From: Myxococcales bacterium
GTDB lineage: Bacteria; Myxococcota_A; Polyangia; Polyangiales; Houyiibacteriaceae
Length of the DNA: 64,000 bases
Direction of reading: 5' to 3'
Assembly (NCBI GenBank): GCA_024640845.1
Contig: JAHEEE010000006.1
Location: 27,357-91,356 of the forward strand
Shown piece after piece: positions 59,491 to 64,000 of this stretch (within the stretch, counting starts at the first letter, position 1; each line of letters opens with the position of its first letter). The notes beneath the pieces are model-generated. The model was not told where the DNA came from and made no database searches. It saw only the letters and a list, made by a program, of their open reading frames with translations. The position numbers were made by a program, and so were the translations under genes.

Positions 59491-60543
59491 ATGACCCACA
59501 AGCCCATACGCGCGGTCGTGGTTGGCGGGACCGGTTACACCGGAGCCGAGCTCGTGCGTCTTGCGCGCAGCCATCCGTCGCTCGAGCTCACGACGATCGT
59601 CGGCAACACGACGGCCGGCGAGCCCATCGATAAAGTCCTTCCGAGCCTTCAGGGCGTGATGAGCGGGGACGTGCAGCCGTTCGATCCCGACGCGATCGCC
59701 CAGGATGCCGATGTCGCGTTCTGTGCGTTGCCGCATGCCGCGAGCGCGGAGGCAGTCAGCGCGCTTCGCCAGCGCGGCGTGCCCGTGCTCGACCTTTCCG
59801 CAGATTTCAGGTTCTACGATTTGGCGGTGTACGAGGCCTGGTATGGCAAGCACCCCGTGCCCGAGCTGCTGAACGCGGCCGTCTACGGCTTGGTCGAGCT
59901 GCATCGCGAGGAGATCCGCGGCGCGGACTTGATCGCGGTGCCCGGTTGTTATCCGACCGCGTCGACCTTGGCGCTCGCGCCCCTCATCGAGAGGGGTCTG
60001 ATCAAGCACGAAGGGATCGTCGTCGATGCCAAGAGCGGCGTGTCCGGAGCGGGTCGAGCGCTTTCGAGTGCCACACACTTTCCCGAGGTAGGGGAGGGCG
60101 TCCGGGCCTACAAGGCCGGTGCGCATCGGCACGGGCCGGAGATCGAGCAAGAGCTCGCTCGCCTTGCGGGTGCGCCGGTCCGAGTCACGTTCGTGCCCCA
60201 TCTGGTTCCGATGTCGCGGGGCATCCTCGCGACCTGCTACGCGCAGCCCTCTTCAGCGAGCGCAACGGCTGAGGCCTGCACTCTGGCGGCCCGGGCCCTG
60301 TACGAAGGTTCGCCCTCGGTGCACGTGCTCGAGGTTGGTGAGCACCCTGACACGCTGTGGGTCCGCGGTTCCAATCGGGTCCATGTGGCGTACACGCAGG
60401 ACCCCAGTAGCGGAACGATCGTCGCGATGAGTGCGATCGACAACCTCGTCAAGGGCGCTTCTGGTCAGGCGATTCAATGTCTCAACGTGCGCTTCGGTCT
60501 CGACGAGGGGGCGGGCCTTGGGGCCACCGCTCAATGGCCGTGA
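59491..60543 (+). CDS. argC: N-acetyl-gamma-glutamyl-phosphate reductase
   Basis: GGTGYTG.EL, ALPH, DLSADFR, PGCYPT, SGVSGAGR, HRH.PEI and DNLVKGASGQA. Confidence 0.96.
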   Translation: MTHKPIRAVVVGGTGYTGAELVRLARSHPSLELTTIVGNTTAGEPIDKVLPSLQGVMSGDVQPFDPDAIAQDADVAFCALPHAASAEAVSALRQRGVPVLDLSADFRFYDLAVYEAWYGKHPVPELLNAAVYGLVELHREEIRGADLIAVPGCYPTASTLALAPLIERGLIKHEGIVVDAKSGVSGAGRALSSATHFPEVGEGVRAYKAGAHRHGPEIEQELARLAGAPVRVTFVPHLVPMSRGILATCYAQPSSASATAEACTLAARALYEGSPSVHVLEVGEHPDTLWVRGSNRVHVAYTQDPSSGTIVAMSAIDNLVKGASGQAIQCLNVRFGLDEGAGLGATAQWP

Positions 60544-61439
60544 CCAAAGTCCTTCACGTCAGCGATCTTCACCTGGAAGATGGGTTTCCGGGTGTTCCGT
60601 TCAGCGCGTTCCTGAACAAGCGCGTCGTGGGGTACGCAAACCTCGCGCTTCGGCGCCGAAAGGTATTCACTCACGCGGCGATGAAGGTCGAGGCGTTGGC
60701 CGCGTTCGCCAAAGAGCAAAGCGTCGACCTGATCGTGTGCACCGGTGACTACACCGCCCTTGGGACCGAGCCAGAGCTTGCGTATGCACGGCGCGTGATC
60801 GAACCGCTCACGAAAATGCCGCTCGGCTTCTTCACCGTCCCGGGGAATCACGACTTGTATCTCCGCGACACGGTCGAGGCCGGTTGGTGGGACCAGTATT
60901 TCGGCGGACTCATGAAGAACGACCTGCCGGAGCACGCGGTTGATGGTGTCTGGCCGCAGGTTTGGCTTCCGGCCGACGGGTTGGCGATCGTCGGCGTCAA
61001 TAGCGCCCGCGCGAATCCTAAGCCCACCCATTCGAGCGGCCGAATCCGAGATCCGGAGATCGACGCGCTGATTCGCATCTTGGACGACGCGCGCCTTCGC
61101 GATCGCTTCACGATCATTGCGACCCACTACGCGCCCAGGCTCGCCAACGGCCGGCGCGATCGTCCCGCTCACGGGCTCGAGAATGCGGACGCATTCCTGA
61201 CAGCGAGCGCGTGTGCGGCCCGAGGGGTGATCCTCCATGGGCACATCCATTGGCGCTACCACGTTCGGGTCCCCGAGACGCCCTTGTCGATTTGCTGTGC
61301 TGGGAGCACCACACACGCTGGGCGCGAGGGGCTTTGGATACTCGAGGTCGGTGATGGCCCCGTGACCGCAACGCCTGGGACCTGGGATCAATCGCGCTAC
61401 GTGCTCGAACCGGCCGAGGCCCTGGTTCTCGACCCGTAA
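60534..61439 (+). CDS. Calcineurin-like metallophosphoesterase
   Basis: SDLH, TGD, PGNHD, TH and HGHIH motifs. Confidence 0.9.
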   Translation: MAVTKVLHVSDLHLEDGFPGVPFSAFLNKRVVGYANLALRRRKVFTHAAMKVEALAAFAKEQSVDLIVCTGDYTALGTEPELAYARRVIEPLTKMPLGFFTVPGNHDLYLRDTVEAGWWDQYFGGLMKNDLPEHAVDGVWPQVWLPADGLAIVGVNSARANPKPTHSSGRIRDPEIDALIRILDDARLRDRFTIIATHYAPRLANGRRDRPAHGLENADAFLTASACAARGVILHGHIHWRYHVRVPETPLSICCAGSTTHAGREGLWILEVGDGPVTATPGTWDQSRYVLEPAEALVLDP

Positions 61440-61477
61440 CTTGCGGCCCAGCGGCTGGCTGAAATACAAGCGAGGGT

Positions 61478-62101
61478 ATGGCTGCTCGCCAGTTTGGGGC
61501 CAAACGCGAAGCGCGCAGGGCGGTTCGGCGGCTCGTCGATCTCGAGTGTGAGGTGTATTCCGAGCTCTGGGGAGAGTCGATCTCGCATCGCGCCATCGAA
61601 GTGAGCGAGAACGGTCTGTGGATCCAAACCGAGCTCCTTCTCGAGGTAGGCACGGAGGTGACGTTGACCTTCTATCCTCCCGACTGGGAGGAGCCGCTTT
61701 GCGTCGCCGGCCGCGTTCAGCGGGTGGAGCTCCGATCACGCCCCGGAGACGCCAATGCCGTCGGTATGGGGATCGGGTTCGAGGCTTTGCGCAACGACGA
61801 ACGCCGCCGTTTGACCCGCAGCATGCGCTGCTTGCGCGCCCAGGAATCGTACATCCTCGATCAACGCACGCTCACCGGCGTTCCTGTAGGGGTCAGTGAA
61901 GCACACGAGCCCGTCGCCGAGCCCGGTAGGACGCTCGCCGGTTGGAGCGCGCCCGCGTCTTCGAGCGCGCACACCGGTCGCCCTTCGCGGGTCACGGCCT
62001 CGCCTGCCAGCGGGGAGCGCGCCATCGAACGATGCGATAGCGCGTTTCAGGGCGGCCTCGACCTCGCCGCTTCGGTGTTCTCGCCCAATGCCCCGGACTA
62101 A
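61478..62101 (+). CDS. PilZ-domain protein with disordered tail
   Basis: RRAVR, EVSENGLWI, G.EV.L.F, GRV.RV and GMGIGF. Confidence 0.8.
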   Translation: MAARQFGAKREARRAVRRLVDLECEVYSELWGESISHRAIEVSENGLWIQTELLLEVGTEVTLTFYPPDWEEPLCVAGRVQRVELRSRPGDANAVGMGIGFEALRNDERRRLTRSMRCLRAQESYILDQRTLTGVPVGVSEAHEPVAEPGRTLAGWSAPASSSAHTGRPSRVTASPASGERAIERCDSAFQGGLDLAASVFSPNAPD

Positions 62102-62108
62102 TGCACGT

Positions 62109-63998
62109 CTAGCGCACGCGCAGCACGCCCGCGCGTACTCGGTCGACGCCGTCGTTTCGTCCCGACTCGACTTTTAGGCGATTGCTTCCGCTGAACCATC
62201 CCACGTAGATGACGTACTCGCCGGTTCGGAAGTTCGCCGGCACGGTCAGCTCTTGTGAGTCTGCGATGACATCTCCGCGCTCCCAGAGCTTGGGAGGATA
62301 CCGACCGTCGACCGGGTCGTGGTCACCGTTCAGCCGAAGGCCGTTTCCGTCGATGTGGACGAACACCTTGTACCCGGACGGCGGGTTTTCGAGAACCCGC
62401 CAGTACCAGGTCACTCTGAAGCGCTGCCCTGCGCCGACCGTATCGCCGCTCGGCAGGTCGAGGTCGAAACCGACGAGCTCGACCCGGTCGCCAAAGCTCG
62501 CGTTGACCAGGTATTGCACCGAAGGGTCGCGTTCACGCACTGCGTCAGCGATGAAGCTCTGGTTGGGCACTCCTTCGATCGACTCTGCGGCGATGAGAAG
62601 AAGCCGGGCGCTTCGCGCGTCGGCGACATAAAGGTGCTTGCCGGTTTCTCGACGATACGCGCGGTCGACTTTGCCGAGCGCATCGGCGGGGAGCACCGCC
62701 CAACGTTGCCCCCCGGCCTGTAGGAAGCGAAGCAGCGCGCTCTGGTCTTCCATTTCTTGGATGGGCGTATCGGTGTAGTAGATGGCGGCGCTGGCCGGCG
62801 CTCGATACGAGGCGAGCGGCTCGTCAGGGCCTTTCGTCAAGGTCGCGTAGCTCTCGAAGACGGACTTTGGCGAGAGGTGCTGGCCTAGCGCCGGCTGAAA
62901 CCGCCAAGCCGTGAAGGCGCCTACCGCGAGGCCCATCCCGAGGACCACGAAGATGCGAAGTGCCCCCAGCCGGCTGAAGAGATAGTGGACCCAGGGAAGT
63001 CCGAAGACCAGCGCGGCGAGTATGAGCGGCGCGAAGAAGGCGTACCTGCCCGCGCGGACGACCACCGACGCGATTCGTAGGTCGAGCGCGAAGCACATCA
63101 ACCCGAAGACGACGCATGCGCCGAGCAAAGACATAGCGAGAAGTATCCAGCCGCGAGGAGGCCCCTGTCCTTGCCAGCGGGCGCGAAGCCATCGGACGGT
63201 CGCCCGGGGATTCGGCTTCTCCGTTCCTCCACGGCTCACCATCATGAGGGCCAAGGTCAGTCCGGCGAGTGAGAACATCAAGGCCCATCGAGGCGCGGGC
63301 TGATAAACCTCGGGCACGCTCAACGTGTCGGTTGGCAACGCCCGAAGCGCGCTGTCCGGGTAGAGCGCGTAGTCGCGAACCAGCAGGCCGGTTAAGAGCA
63401 CGATCGTTGCGGCGGCTGCCCATCCCGGCTTATCCGCCTCGCTGACCTCGGCCAACCAGAGCCCAACCAGCCCGGCAAGAGGGAGCGTCGCCAACCAGGG
63501 CGGCGTGCCATATCGCGAAGCGAACACGGTCCACGAAGCGAACCCAAACCCCGCCCAAAGCACCAGCACCGACACCAGACGCTGTGCCCGGGCCGACCTT
63601 CCTTCGCGGGGCCACATCGCCCAAGCGAGGGCCACAGGCAGCGCGGCGCTCCAAGGGGCGAAGCCATGAAACACGACCTCGAGCGCTGCATCCCAGGTCG
63701 GCGGGTTGCCGCCGACAGCGCCCCCACCGAGCCAACGGCTCACCTCGGGCGCGTCTCGAACGACCGCCCGCACCACCCCGACGAGCGCGAACGACGTTCC
63801 GAGGGGTAAGGCCCATCTCGACCAGGCGTTCGCGCCATGTCCCTCGGAGATCAAGATCCACGCCGAAACGGCTAGGAGAGGGGGCAGGGGTCCAAGCAAA
63901 ACCCCGCTGATGAAGGTGCTGGCCCCAATGCCGACAGCGAGCCCTGTGTAGCAAAGGGCGGCATTCCATCCACGGCGTTGCTCTGCGCTTGCGGCAAG
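62109..63998 (-). CDS. Large multi-TM protein with C-terminal beta domain, possibly a GT-C/ArnT-like glycosyltransferase (5' end outside window)
   Basis: Frame open to the window edge; many TM helices, F.PWS..LP; C-terminal FGD.VELVG...W..YKVFVH..DH.P..W..GD domain. Confidence 0.7.
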   Translation of the reverse strand, partial: LAASAEQRRGWNAALCYTGLAVGIGASTFISGVLLGPLPPLLAVSAWILISEGHGANAWSRWALPLGTSFALVGVVRAVVRDAPEVSRWLGGGAVGGNPPTWDAALEVVFHGFAPWSAALPVALAWAMWPREGRSARAQRLVSVLVLWAGFGFASWTVFASRYGTPPWLATLPLAGLVGLWLAEVSEADKPGWAAAATIVLLTGLLVRDYALYPDSALRALPTDTLSVPEVYQPAPRWALMFSLAGLTLALMMVSRGGTEKPNPRATVRWLRARWQGQGPPRGWILLAMSLLGACVVFGLMCFALDLRIASVVVRAGRYAFFAPLILAALVFGLPWVHYLFSRLGALRIFVVLGMGLAVGAFTAWRFQPALGQHLSPKSVFESYATLTKGPDEPLASYRAPASAAIYYTDTPIQEMEDQSALLRFLQAGGQRWAVLPADALGKVDRAYRRETGKHLYVADARSARLLLIAAESIEGVPNQSFIADAVRERDPSVQYLVNASFGDRVELVGFDLDLPSGDTVGAGQRFRVTWYWRVLENPPSGYKVFVHIDGNGLRLNGDHDPVDGRYPPKLWERGDVIADSQELTVPANFRTGEYVIYVGWFSGSNRLKVESGRNDGVDRVRAGVLRVR

Positions 63999-64000
63999 CG

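Overview
High-GC core-genome window from a bacterium that is probably a member of the Myxococcota (inferred from myxobacterial-type PilZ proteins, a zinc-ribbon Ser/Thr kinase, TPR proteins and Gly-rich lipoproteins). Genes are densely packed housekeeping genes: dapA, pyrD, tyrA, dapB, queA-tgt-purH-purD-tsaC, purF, an acyl-CoA mutase large subunit, rnhA, rpoN-hpf-ptsN-hprK-rapZ-ptsH-ptsI, a plsB-like gene and rplM-rpsI-argC. I found no tRNA, rRNA, CRISPR array, transposase or phage genes. The most unusual signal is non-coding: a ~445-bp structured element in two same-orientation copies (26261-26705 and 33222-33665). The copies differ at 37 of 315 ungapped positions by hand count, and several differences are compensatory. 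Each has a 187-bp core closed by 27-bp inverted repeats. A third partial copy and a smaller REP-like repeat family between convergent genes accompany it. Other points are many apparently leaderless genes and several proteins that appear to have lost catalytic motifs (enzyme I, a REC-GGDEF protein, a TPR-zincin, a TlpA-like protein and an RNase HII-like protein). All calls come from reading motifs by eye; no database searches were run.
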